64,000 nucleotides of DNA from Balanoglossus misakiensis. Taxonomy: Eukaryota > Animalia > Hemichordata. Each line of letters begins with the position of its first letter. Position 1 is the stretch's first letter. Positions 39,361 to 52,660 of the stretch are shown here, piece by piece. A program made the position numbers and the translations under genes. Under the pieces are notes generated by a model. The model was not told the DNA's origin. It searched no databases and worked only from the letters and a program-made list of their open reading frames with translations. The stretch is from positions 2,640,760 through 2,704,759 of the forward strand of contig CM082576.2 of NCBI GenBank assembly GCA_040954595.2, in the 5' to 3' direction.

Positions 39361-39591
39361 CCTGGCAGAGTCAGAACCATTGATGCTAGTCTCCACCGCA
39401 TTCAACGCATCCTCAATCTGCTGATACTGCACATCAATCTGATTCTGAAGCTGTTCCCACTGAGACTCAATGATGGCGAGGGTCTTGGCCAGATACTGGC
39501 TCGTTTGTGGCAATGAGCTCTGGAACTCTTGACCCTGAATCAGTACCTGGTCTTTGGCCGCCTGATGGGTCTCTATCTCAATGGCAAAGGC
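39361..39591 (-). CDS. AKAP6: AKAP6-like KASH protein, spectrin-repeat exon
   Basis: tgccag|AFAIEIETHQAAKDQVLIQGQEF...LAIIESQWEQLQNQIDVQYQQIEDALNAVETSI...|gtgagt. Compare recalled AKAP6 FKLNVDSHCALKEAVEEEGHQL...MIASQWKELQRQIKRQHSWILRALDTI. Confidence 0.88.
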
Positions 39592-40726
39592 CTGGCAAAG
39601 GAAAGGAAAAAATATTACATGTAGCAAACGTTCATATTAAACTGCACTCATATCGTCATCCAAAATCGCAGATAAATTTAAATACAGACTTCATGAGAAA
39701 AGCTGAACTGTCTGCACTTAATATTCACAGAAATAGTATTTTTCAAAAGTTCACCACAGAATGGTTTCCGTTTCACAGTCAGGTGCTCAAATAAACACAC
39801 AGTGGTCAAGTCAAGACTGAAAAACAGGCGTCCCTGTCTTTTCATCAGAATTGCTACCAACACAGGGTTGTCAGATTGAATAACAGAGCTTAGCAACAAT
39901 GAGCATGTGGACATTATTTCTGGACCCATGTGTTGACTTCAACTTGCCAGAATGCAAACACACTCAAACCTGAGTGACGTCCACAACCCCTGCAGCCAAC
40001 TCCAGAACATGTGAATCAAATGTCACGTTGTTTGAACAACAGGCCGGGAGGGCTTTGTCGAAACCGAAGACAATGACAGTTAAATGGAAACGCCACGGAA
40101 AGGAAGAACAATAGGTTCAGGTCGGAAACAGGAGCTGTTGTTTGTCCACGACAAATGCCCTACTGATTGAAAAGAGGACTTGCGTGGGAGCAAACAGAGG
40201 ACAGAAAATGACCCCAGATTGAGAACGTATTGAATGAACAGAAAAGTGAGACTACAGTGTGTATTGGTAGGGAATTAAGATTTTCCAGACAGTCCAAGTG
40301 TTTGGCATCTGGCTGCAGTGGTTGCATGATTCAAATACAAAAAAAGAATACAACAGAAGTTTTGTTAAAAAGATTTATCAGTTTTTAATCTTCGCCACAC
40401 AGGACAAGGGTCTGCAGTAGTTCTAAATTGGGCAAAATGCTCGGACCATGTTCTGCAGATCAAGTCACATGGCGCAACCGCGTGCTCTTGGCAAGTTGCT
40501 TGGCAGATGGCCAGTTATTTTCTAACACAACACCTGGCCACAGACTGTTGACAAGGTTTTTGAAAAGAGCGAAAAAAGGAGACATAGTCTGTAAATCCAT
40601 ACTTATTCAAGTCATCTCTTTGAGTTGACAGTGTGACCTGGGGGGCTTGTTTACCTCCCAATGCATGCTGGTACAGGTTACACAAACCCAAACAGCAAAC
40701 TGACCAATGAGAGTCTGACTACTCAC

Positions 40727-40849
40727 CAGGTGCCTTTCCAGGTGCACTCTCAGACTGTTGACATCACCACTGGCTGGTTTCCACGACTCAGCTTGGCCGA
40801 TGATGCCAGTCAACCACTCACTCAGTTGGTCGACATCATTTATGAAATT
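40727..40849 (-). CDS. AKAP6: AKAP6-like KASH protein, spectrin-repeat exon
   Basis: ccccag|NFINDVDQLSEWLTGIIGQAESWKPASGDVNSLRVHLERHL|gtgagt. Compare recalled AKAP6 LDEFIQWLNEAMETTENWTPPKAEMDDLKLYLETHL. Confidence 0.88.
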
Positions 40850-41192
40850 CTGGGGAGAAAATAAGTAACAAAGATTTATCGAATATCTTGCTACTTAATT
40901 TTTGACTGAAAATAAATGAAGACAGTGTTTTTTTGTCAACAGTATGTGTGCATTGTTTATTCAGAGTTATGACTGCATGGTCAATCCTTTTTTTCAGCTA
41001 ATGCAGAGGCTCTGCAGCCTGCAGGTGAATGTATTACACATATGTTATTAGATTACAAATTACTTCAAATTAGAGCAATTTCAAATTATTTGGGATGCAT
41101 CTTTTGAGGCTGCAGTGTTCATGCACAGATTCAAGGTTTTCTTGGCAGTCTCTCCATCCATCGGTCGCAAATCAACTCGGTAAAATACTTAC

Positions 41193-41504
41193 CTGCCACT
41201 CTTGCTGCATTCGAGCATCTACATTCTCCTTGTCGTTCTGCAGCAGGGTCACCAGACGATTGCTGTCGCTCCCGGCGACCAGCCTGGTGTTGCTGTCGCC
41301 CGTATCCGCCATCTTGGCCCCATACTGGCCACTCCTCTTCTCTGCACACTTCAATGAGTCTGAAATCTTGGGAGATGTTGCCGTGGCGAAAACCAAGTTG
41401 CTGCCGTAGTTGCCATGGTTGCGAGATCCAGAAATCGTAGTCAGTAATCCGTTGCTGTCCGAGTCGTTTTTTAACCACTTTCCAAGTGTCTTCCACTTGA
41501 GCAT
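41193..41504 (-). CDS. AKAP6: AKAP6-like KASH protein, first coding exon
   Basis: Acceptor cttacag| at 41576, then an in-frame TAA, then ATG at 41504 (MLKWKTLGKWLKND...MQQEWQ|gtaagt), phase 0. Assembled protein is about 1969 aa. Confidence 0.72.
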
Positions 41505-44500
41505 AATAATCTCAACGAAGACGAGTAAGGAAATGAAAGTTGGAATATCAATTGCGACGGTGTTTTTCTTTTATATCTGTAAGACAGGAAACAAAACAAC
41601 AATCCTTAGACTCGATCGGCAAGCTGTATAATGTTAATACAGCATTCACCAGAGTTTCGATTCTCATACTGCAGATAGGAACAATCACAAACATTACACA
41701 TTTGAATATTTTTTCTTCAAAAATATACATCTGTAACCACTTTTGGTAAATTCCCCCAATCTCCCTCAAACAGTGCCAAATCACAACATTTTTCACCTGG
41801 AAGTTACTTTTGAAGAACACTGGAAAGAAAGGAAAATTATAACTGGCCACCATGTACAACTCTGTTATCAACAAATAGTTCACACGGGACAGTCGTAAAT
41901 TGGAAATAAATTATTTACAGATGACGCACTTCCAGAGCAAGTTCTCTGTACAGACAGGCTGCACCAGTGAGTACCCATAAAAAGTGAGCGAGCATTACTC
42001 GTAACATTCTGACGTGGGTTTCCTCAGTATCAGTGATGGCCTCTTTGAACTCAATGCCCTCGTTGGTTGTATCCGATCATGTTACATGCATTAACTTTGG
42101 CACAGCGGGTGATAAAAAACATAACATTCCAAAAAATCAGACCCCATTGGTTGTTCACAAATAACGGTCATTTTCAAGGGTGATTTTACTTTTTATGCTT
42201 TAATAAGAACTTTTTCCCCAACTTCTATAAATCAGATTAACTGATTTTACATTAAAGTTAAATATCTTCCAATATGCCCTTGAAAAGATAAAGCTCGGCT
42301 CATACAGGGATAAATGATTTTGAAATCAAGATGGGGGTGGTAGTTTATATTGTGCAAGTATGTGTGAATCAAAACATTATAACTGTACTCATTTTTGAAT
42401 CATTTCCCAGTTGAAATTTTTTATCTTGATACAATGAAAGACTGTATAGTGAAATGGTGATTCTGAAAACATTTTCTTTGGGGGGAAACAAGGCCACAGT
42501 TTGACCTTACTTGATGTCACTGCTGGTGCTACCAGCATAATTAGAGTGCATTATATCATCTCTCATTAATGAACTTATTAATTACACATGCCATTTAGCT
42601 GATTGCAACTTTGCATATGAATCAACTTTCCTAATAATTTATAGATGACATAATGTGCAGACGTACTGCTGCAATTTAAAGTATTAATGGCACAAGACCA
42701 TGGTGGCAACAACTGAAATAAAAATCAGCATAAAACATAAAATCCTGACAATCAATTTTGTTCTTCATGATTTATATACAAGCATTTTCAGTGGCAGCTC
42801 TAATTTTGACGTTATGTGTTATTGACATGTAGTTCAGCTCTCTATAAAATGAGAAACAGGTTTGGCAAGTGACCTGACTGCATGGGTTTCAACCTCCCCC
42901 CCCCCCCCCATTTTCTAATGAAATGGCCAGGCAAATCACAAGAAAACAACTGGGCCTCCTCCATATTAACCACTACATGGGGAGGGGGAAGGATTGAAAT
43001 GACAACCTTGGACAGGGGTAGCATGTTTAGGCATGTTGTATCTGAGGTTTTATTTTTGGCTGGCAATCTGTTCACACATAATAACCCAAAAAGGATTCTT
43101 ACATAATTACTGATTCAAAGATCAGAATCTACTGTCACGAAAACTGACTGTTTGTCCTTTAAATTTCACAGAGGTAGATAGATTACCGGTACATGTACAT
43201 TGTACTTGAAAGATCCAGAAAATCCCATCTACACCTATTTAAAGTCTGTGAGCACAGTCACACCCTTTTGACAATGACCATGAATTAGCATGTCCTTTTA
43301 AACACGTCAGGATGTATTGCCACCATTCAAAAGTAGCATTCTAATGACTCTCTCAACTGAAAATTGTCAACCTACACCGGCAAAAAATCACCACTTAAAA
43401 ATTTAAAATACATACCACAAACCAGGTCAACCACTTCACCATAGAATTAATAAGCCAGCTTCAAGATACTTGGTGAAAAAACTATGAACTATAACCACAG
43501 AAAGCATGTACACACCAACTACCAGAAACTATATACTGTACTAGAAGACTCCTAACTGTCAACTGAGATTTCAAATTCTCATTTTGCCGCCTCCAGTGCA
43601 CTACAGGCGATAGCCACGCTGATCTTGTGACCCGAGCCAGGCCCAGAACTGTCACTCAAAAGGGTTTCCTGTGAATGCTGTTGTCTGATTGGTTGATGAG
43701 AGGGCTTGTTCCCCCACACAATACTGCACAATGAGAAGGCTATATGCTGGCACAGAGTGTAGGCCTAAATGAGTCAGTCTCCACATCCCTTTAAATAGTT
43801 CAATAGCCTATACGCGTTACAATACCAACTGCCAAGCACACCTCTCACTTGTGCTATAAGACACAGATCTATTATTTCTCCCGTCTTCACACATTTGTAA
43901 GCGGAATGCATACCCGGATTCTCATTGTTGAAAGACGGGAAAACTACAAATGTATAAAGCAGGGCCCAAACAAGTGTGTTTGAATTGTCTGATGTCAAAG
44001 ACTTGTCCATTCATTGTACACATGCCAACAATGCAGGAAAACGTCAAGCAAGCAAAAAAAGCTTTGCGCACAAAATGGGGGAAAAGCTAGAAACACAAAA
44101 CAGTTACCCAAACATGTTTGTACTCAGTCGTAGGGGGAATAAAGGGTCATTTGCAATGTATGCCAACCGCCTTCGACCCTTGCAACTAATGTGATCAGAT
44201 ATCGATAGTACCTGTAAATGGAACTGTGAGAAAGGGGAACAATTAACAGCTAGACCAGTTGACATACATGGGTTAAGTGACATTGACAGCTCGGCTACTT
44301 TAACTAGCTGTTAATGAGATATTGTGTTGGTAAGAGGATGTACAATTCCACCCTGACTTTATATAATCACAAATTTTCCAGGCCACGAAAAAAATATGCA
44401 TTTCTTCAATGCACGACCCGTTTCCCTCTTCTCACTTTTTCTGGAAGTCAGATCTGCGGACAGATGCACCTTTGCCAATCCGACATCCACATCAAATCTG

Positions 44501-47500
44501 TTCCCCTTTACGCCACAAATCCAAATCCCTACCTGTTGACTGCGATGTATGCCACCTCCAAAGTTTTTCCGACAGATCCACAAATGGGTGCGTATCGGGT
44601 GCCAGCTCAAGAAAGCTAATGACTGCGACGCAAAGTTTTTTCCCAGAGTCCCACGGGTGGGAGACGAGCACTTTTCACCTGGTGAACATGTACATAATGT
44701 ACATGCATAATGTATCTGTGTACTCTGTGCTTGTTTAAATGTTGACTGCACCTTCTATGCAGCATGCGCGGTATGTGATAACACAGTAACCCCTGGAGCA
44801 ATGTAAACATTTTCTCACTTTACCATTTTTTGCATGACAAAAAAGAAATGGCACTTGCACGAACTTTTCAATAAAGAGTTTGGCATCCGAGTGAGCTAAA
44901 GGTAAACTTTCACTTCACTACCATAGTTCAAGAGCCGAATATCACCCACCTCCTGAACATTTCTCTGTTTGAACTGTTATGACACACTCAGAGACAAGCT
45001 CAAATTTCTCTTTGAAATATACCTGTACATTTGCAGGTGTGCTATTTTTTAAAACTTGGATACGCAACAACAGGAGGAAACTAAAGCAGGATTGGACGAC
45101 GCTCAGGTGGCGTTAAAAACACAAGTGTCCCTAAAGTATTGATTTCTACTTCTATATTTTCATGAACACATCCAGAGTTGAACCTGGAAGAAAAGACCAC
45201 ATTCCACAGTTCAATGAGAACCATTTGATGAGAATTATCTTGCAGTTTTAACAGGCTGTGATAAAATTTCACAACACATAATAGTCCTCTAGATAATAAA
45301 TACATCTCACTTCAACGTTTGATGTCCAGAATGATTTAAGAAGAGTGATCAAGCGTTTTGTTGTTTGATTGCAAATGCCTTTTCTTGTTGCAATATAATC
45401 CCTGACTACCCATATTCCTCTGAGGAGCTTTTTTGCCATTTTGTTTGGATTCATTTAAACCGAGAGCATTTAACGTGCACTCAAATCTTTCTTTGGTCTC
45501 AGATGGGATAGTCTATAAGGTGCAACTTCCATAGAGAGCTTTATAATCGCCATGACTTTATTTGTCTTCAAATAATAGAGTTTACAGTGTGAGTGACAAT
45601 GGAAGGGGGGATAAAGTTAAAAATATGACACTTTTGGAAGATCACAGAAAATCTTCAGCCAAGCGAGGATAATTGACAGGATGTCGGACCGATTTTTTGG
45701 TTGTTTTTTTATACACAGACAAAAAAAGATTTGGTTTCCAGAGCAACAGCTATGCATCCACATTCGTGATATTAGTCTCAGCAGTTTCCATGGTAACAGA
45801 ATCTCAGATGGAGCCATGCAATTTGTTTCCAACTTCTGCCTCAAAAACAGAAGAGTAATGAAGCGTTCAGAAATGCGGGCATCGCGGCTTACACGCAGGA
45901 AAACCACGGCAACGCTAAATGAAGTCTGGTATTCCCTAAGTGGTGCACAAACCATTCTTTAAGGATGCGTATAGAAAATTTGATATTTCTGCTGATTAGG
46001 AGGGAAGACACAAATCAGAAGTATCTCTCCTGTATGCCACTTTATTCAGCTACATGTAACAATAGGAAAAATTCATTTTGATTTATCCTTCAATCAGTAT
46101 ACTACAGTCTGGAGATTCAAGCCGTAATTTAAGCCGGAGGTGCCAAAGATACAAAAAGGCCAAAAGTATCCCTCATGAACTGCACATCGATCATCAGAAA
46201 TCTTGAAAAATTGGTACACTGGCTGATAATGGCACTCAACATCCTTCCAATGTGTTTTATCTCGTACTATTAAAACCAAACCAACCTAGTACCCTGGACT
46301 GGGCTGGTACAGAACTGTTGATTACCTACAAGCCTCCGCCAACCCCTCACCAAAACATTTCCACCAGTGGCTGCTGAAAGTTCAGTACAACACTCCATTG
46401 CCCACTTCTACTGATCCACACGCTTGGCTCCAGTGAGAAAGTTAATTAATTAAATAGCAAATTTTCACAATATTTGCGGTGGCATATACAATCTAGAAAA
46501 TTGACTTTGATATGTGATACTAATAGTGTAGAACATGCTATGAATAAATGCGCCGTTATCCAGGAAATCATGATCCGGTGCCATTCCATTTTCCGACATT
46601 ATGTGAAAAAGCCTTTGGGATACAGATACACCTAACTGACGCACACGCAGGAACTGTGACCAATTCTGGGTCTTTTTTTCCATTCAATGATACCCTGAAG
46701 TACCTATTATGTACATGCAGAGAGGCAGTTTGTATTACCCATCTACCATGCCTGGAGCCAGAAATCTGCTGTAGAAAGTAGAAATCCATGGTAACACCAA
46801 AGAAAGAGGATGTTAAATTTGCCCTAACCATCAATGTTTCTCTTTGGCCAGTGAAAATATGGTCATATAACCTTAATTTGTGCTGTTACTAAGCAACAGT
46901 TGCTATAGAGATTTGAGAAATCTGTAAAAGTGCAGATTTTTATGGCATTGCTAGTGAAGCAAAAGACATGAAACCCCACAAAGTCAAACTACAGCAGTTT
47001 TAAAGATCTGCCCACCAGATGAGTGGAAACCACAGAAATAAAAACACAGAATGAAAAAAAAGTGTAAGAGTCAAAACGATTTGGACTAATCCAATATTTC
47101 CTTCTGAATTAAAGTGTTGTGATTCACAGAAAGGACTGCAAAACACTGGTGTCCAATAGTGGATGATAGAATTAGAAGTCCACGCAGACCACAGGTTTCT
47201 AGGTTTTTTACTGCCTTGATTTGGGTGAATGCAAGTGGCCCGACAATTACATGGACATGTGCACACCCACATCCAACAGCTGCCACTTTGCAAAGCACAA
47301 TTGGTTGTCGATAAATATTCTCTTGTCTGGCCCTCAGGCGTTTCTCTGGTGGCTTTATAATGTGCAGCGTGTGTGTTACCCAGGCTGCAGGTGATGTTTG
47401 CAAAGGTTCTGTTTAGAATGAAATAGGGTGGAATATACCAGGTTACATGTACCTGCCACCCTGGTGTTCAACAGACTTGCGACAACTCGGCTACATGTAC

Positions 47501-50500
47501 TTGTTCACTTGCTACAAGTATTCAAAACAGTGCAACAAATGGAAACGAAAGGCAATGTGTTTAAAAGTGTGCATGCATGAAGACAGAGAGAGAGAGAGAG
47601 AGAGAAGACAGTTTATCCCTAAGTGATGGAGATTTTGGTTTGCATACACAGCAAAACTCATATAAAACGATCACACTTCTACTCATTTATTAATACCCAT
47701 CTCCCAGGTACTGTGCCTACAATGTAGTTCAGTAAATGGGTGGGTCGATAATAATAAAGCCCATGTACAAAGTTTCATCTACCACAGGTCATTCTCATAC
47801 ATTGAGCAGATTTAATCCTCCATGAATATCAGCCATAATTTCCGCACGTAAATGTCACATGCAGCTGTTTTCAGTCTGACAATAGTGCACATATTACGCA
47901 TATCTCGCAAAAATCCCCAAATATTAGAATAAAAGAGGTCACTTTCTGCCCTTTGAGATAATACATACATATGTACCAGCTCAAGTGTTTCTATTTTTAA
48001 CTGAAACTCCACTTCAAATTTTATTTTTTTAATCAACATTTGACATTTCTCACTGCCTCTGCCAGTGACAGGATTATTATTGCTACGAATGATTAATTTT
48101 CTTTTGTAACACTGCCATACATCATACTTCAATACCGGATACATGTATCAAAGCTGGACCCTGGGTAGAAAATTTCTCTACTTATTTATGTAGACTCTGA
48201 TAATTACAGGTTGCTTTGACAACAGTATTAATTTAGTAATCTACCTGTTTAGTTTAATACAGCATTAACAATATGGATGTACCCATAATTTGATGATGTC
48301 ATCAGAATTGTGAAGGGAAAAAATGTTGTGCAGAACTGAGACTGGCCACCTACAACTAAAACACTGCAACTAGAAACAGTGCAGTATTAAAGTCTCCAAC
48401 CAGGTGACAAATGCAAGGCAATGGTCACTGTTATTACTATTGATTATAATTATCATTTTCAGCACATTTTTAAAACACCATTGCCTAATATATTGTAATG
48501 TAAGTGCATGTGTACAAGTTGTAGGTCACCTGCACTGAACTTCTGACCTCTATAATCCACCATGCATGCAGCCGTCCCCAAAACATGAAAAGTGGTTCCT
48601 TTGAATGTCAACATTCCTGATTACACACAGACAAATCTGTTCAATGCTAATCACAGGCACAACGTCACAACACTGGGCGTGTACACATACAATGGGGACC
48701 CGTAAATTCGGGGCTGAACAATACAAAAGAGGTGCAACACCGACACGGCCGTGACTTTCACTGCATTCCTTCCTTTAATGCAAATAATGAGAATACACGA
48801 AATAACACCTTAAGGCCCACATCCACAAGTAAATATCATCAGGGAGGGTCTAATATATGGTGCCCTTGACTGGATAAGTGTTTGTAGGTCAGGTCGTGAG
48901 GTCACGGCTTCCAAGCTTAGCACGAACCTCCATGGATGCACAGGTATAATCGAAATCCATTTTCAGCGATATTCTACATCATGATTCTGTCATTCTTGAA
49001 ATCATCTGTGATTTGATGAAAACTAGTGTCAAACAGCACCAAACATCTGTCATCAATGGAGAAACCTGATCTGTCAGTCCGTCTGTAATTAATTCAATAT
49101 ACACATTACGTCTGTCGCTCTCATTGAGGATATAGTGTCTCAGAAGTTCCTCAGTGAAATGATGAAATTTGACTCAATCTCAACCGACAAAAAAAGCTCA
49201 GCAATGCCAGCACAGAATAACAGACACTTCTCCAGATTGTGTGCAGCAATATCGTGCATGGCCAGTTATATTCACGGTAGAATTATCATTCTGTGTACCT
49301 TCATCATCAACATCAGTGACGCTGCTCAAACCAATATTATGAATACTAATGACAGATGAACTGAACTTTCAATGACCTTGACCGAAAAGCAATCTCGTCA
49401 TCACCTGCCATCGTTTTTATCCTCATCATCTCTCTCGTTTTACCTCAAAATTTGAAGTAAACAAACCGACAACTGAACTAGACATCATTCAACATATATC
49501 TACCCGTAGAGATAGAGAGTACAATTAAGTTTTCATTGGAGTGAAAGCAAATCTGTCCATCTCATACTAGTAAAATCATGAACATTTCACTAAAAATCCA
49601 CCTGACAATTTTGTTTGAAATACAAAATGTAGCATACAATTTGTACTTTTTAAAGAGAGTTTTGCATAAATACACACGTGATAACCATTTCAATAAATCC
49701 AGCTACAAAATCTCGAAGGGTATTAATTTGCAACATTTGTGATGTAATCATTTTAAAAAATCAATTAATTCCCTGATGACTACAAAATTATACAAAAATG
49801 CCCATTTTGCCATTATGGGGTCATTTTGAATCTACAACTCCTGAGAATAAATTCGCTCCACATGGTGAAAAAATAAAGGGAGGCAACATCAAGTTTTTTT
49901 TGTCCATTCCTATATGACACAAGCAACAGACACATCTAAATCAGTCTGCAGCAGTTAATGATGATTTATCTATCCAATGTAAATCTAAAATAGCTGGTTT
50001 TCTGGATTTTCTGAGGTTTTTTGAAAGGTCACATTCCTGCAGATGTAAAACCTTCCAGATATCAATCATATAAATTCGTTAAGGCTCTGAAAGCAAACAA
50101 ACCATGAACCAAAGTGCAGTTCCAATACAGTCTCAGCTAGCACACAAAATCTCAATTTACTTCCACTGCAATACATACTCTTTGAGAAAATAGCTTCGGG
50201 AGCTGATGGAAAGCCATAAAAAAGAAGATTACATCTCACCCATTCCACCGCGCAGAAATTTGTCAAATTGAATTATTTCTGATGAAATTCACAAAGTGCA
50301 AACTCTTACCAGCAAAGAACAAATATTAATGCAAAGATTAAATTTTTAAAAAAAATGACCTTTAAGTTAAATTCACTATCAATTGATTCACTGCTGACTG
50401 TATGCATGTATTACTCATGCAAGGTCCATTTATTCAGTTTACTACAATAGAAATATTTGCTTGCGCCAAAAATCAATGAATGCGACAAAGAAGACCGATG

Positions 50501-51067
50501 TTTTATGCATGCAGTATTTCGTTTCGTAAATACCACCGCAGTGGCGGTGTGAACTTGCTAAAAAGAACTTAATTTGAACTTCAGTTGCTAGTCTACATGA
50601 AAGTGGAGATCATGCAGTTTATATCATTGTTTTCTTACTTGGGAAATGATGTATGTGCAAAAGGGAGAAATAGAAAACGTACAATAGCTGAATTTTGACT
50701 TTGAATATTTCCCGTGAAAGCTCCATTAGCTGTAACTTTTTGCCATTTTTTGTCATATTAACACAACACAACACAACACAACAGACAGGAAAATCTCTAC
50801 GTGTACAATGTATACTCTTCTCTGAAGAACACAACAGACTATCAAGTGATTTCACTCGACAAGAATGTTGTGGACCTTCTGACCTTGGAACGCATCGTCA
50901 TCTATTATTATTTAGATTGTTAGTCTTTACAAAAGCTGATTCTGTGTAGTCGTTCCCACCAACACTTCAACACTTCCGACTGCTAAGTATTATCTATCCA
51001 TATACATGCACTACTAACAGCGCGTGAGCTCACACTTTCACTTCCTGGTTAGACAGAAAAAAATTTG

Positions 51068-51491
51068 TGAGGAAACTGCTTTCTCTCAAATCTTTTATTA
51101 CTTAGAATTGGTTCTACCTGGAAGATTCACGACATTTTACCTACAGAATGTTTTTAAAAACAACTACAGCCAAAATCAATATTCTAATCAGATTAGCTTA
51201 AAGTTTTTGCTGGACTCCAGCATGTAATTACACGTGACACACTTCCGATGCGCAAGTTTTGGTGAATATTATGGAAAATTATGAGGAAACTGTTTTCTCT
51301 GAAAAAGATTCATTACTAGAATTGGTTCTACCTGGAAGATTCACTACATTTTACCTATAGAATGTTTTTAAAAACAATTTACAGCTAAAATCAATATTCT
51401 AATACAATTATATAGCTTTAAGTTTTTGCTGTATTCCAGCATGTATTTACATGTGACACAGTTCTGGTATGCAAGGTTCGGAGAAAATTAT
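51068..51491. repeat. Diverged tandem duplication, two copies of about 214 bp
   Basis: Both copies share tgaggaaactg...tagaattggttctacctggaagattcac...gaatgtttttaaaaacaa...ccagcatgta...gtgacaca, starting at 51068 and 51282. Confidence 0.9.
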
Positions 51492-52451
51492 CAGCCGCAA
51501 AGCTCATGCTGCTTTTGTAATTTCAAATATGCCACTTGTGTAATATATACAACTGTCTGTGACAGAGAAGAAAAGAAAAAAGTGTTGGATTTTTTAAAGG
51601 AAACAGCTGGTCATTTAAGGGCAGTGCACGCTTCCTTGTAGAATGTGTCAACTGTTGGGAGTGTCACATTTTTGTCAGAGTTTCGCTACGCATGTACTTG
51701 TAATAAAAATTTAAAACAAATTTCTGAAATGTAGAATATTTATGAAATATTGATGTAGATAATACATGGATATATTTTAGATTGTTTGTGACTATTATAA
51801 AAGCAAAGTGATACAGCTGACCAGTACTGCCATATATGCGTAAATTTCCCTTCTGTCACACGGCTATATATGTGGACATTTTATTTTCGTGAACAGCAAT
51901 GCCAGATTTGAACACATTAAATGCTAGCAATCTGGTAGCCCAAAACATATTTCATCAAGGATCGATTCCCATTTTGATGGATATGAAATTTTAAAATCCA
52001 CGAACAGTCTGCAAATCAGCTGTTTCTGAGCGTTCTCTCTGTCCAACCCAGGCCAAGCGCCACTTTCCATTAACTGAGACACTGGGTGTATCAAACTGTA
52101 TCAAAGATGACACTAGTAATCCTATTAACATTAATTACATCTGGAAACAGTTGCGATGAATATACTCACAGAAAATGAAAATCTGTCAATCGTTTCTCAT
52201 ATCATCTGCACTTTCCCTCCAAAAACAGACGTCGTGCCCTTCAGAGTGTTCCAACAGTTACTTACACCACAATGCACCATAGACATGTACATTGTATACC
52301 CACAAGCCTTTGTAATCAGTATACACCATTAACAATTCATGAAAACCGGCGTCAGGCGTCGTATCGCCAAGCTACAATAATTTTTTTTCTTGACCCGACT
52401 GGCACAAAACTTGATTCAGCCCACAATATGAAACAAGAGCAAGGGACTTAC

Positions 52452-52660
52452 CTATTATGACCAAAAGACACTTCAGGAAAATCAGAAACCCACAGGAAAG
52501 GATAACCACGCTACAAAAATTGACACCAAAATATACACTCTGCTTGTCTACGTACCGGCAGCGCAACACATATTGACCTTATTGTCAACTACCGAATCTA
52601 TATATGGATTAAGTGGCCACGTGGTCACGCAGCGCAATGACATCATCTCTAAAGCTCATG
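52452..52660 (-). promoter_or_regulatory. Candidate promoter and non-coding first exon of the AKAP6-like KASH gene
   Basis: Minus-strand donor TAG|gtaagt at 52452, CpG-containing segment, CACGTG E-box (52618-52623) and a TGACATCA CRE-like site upstream. Confidence 0.35.

Noticed and set aside
51068-51491. Repeat considered as CRISPR-like or functional RNA array
   Set aside because: Only two long diverged copies with no spacers, in a eukaryotic intron or intergenic context. An ordinary tandem duplication.
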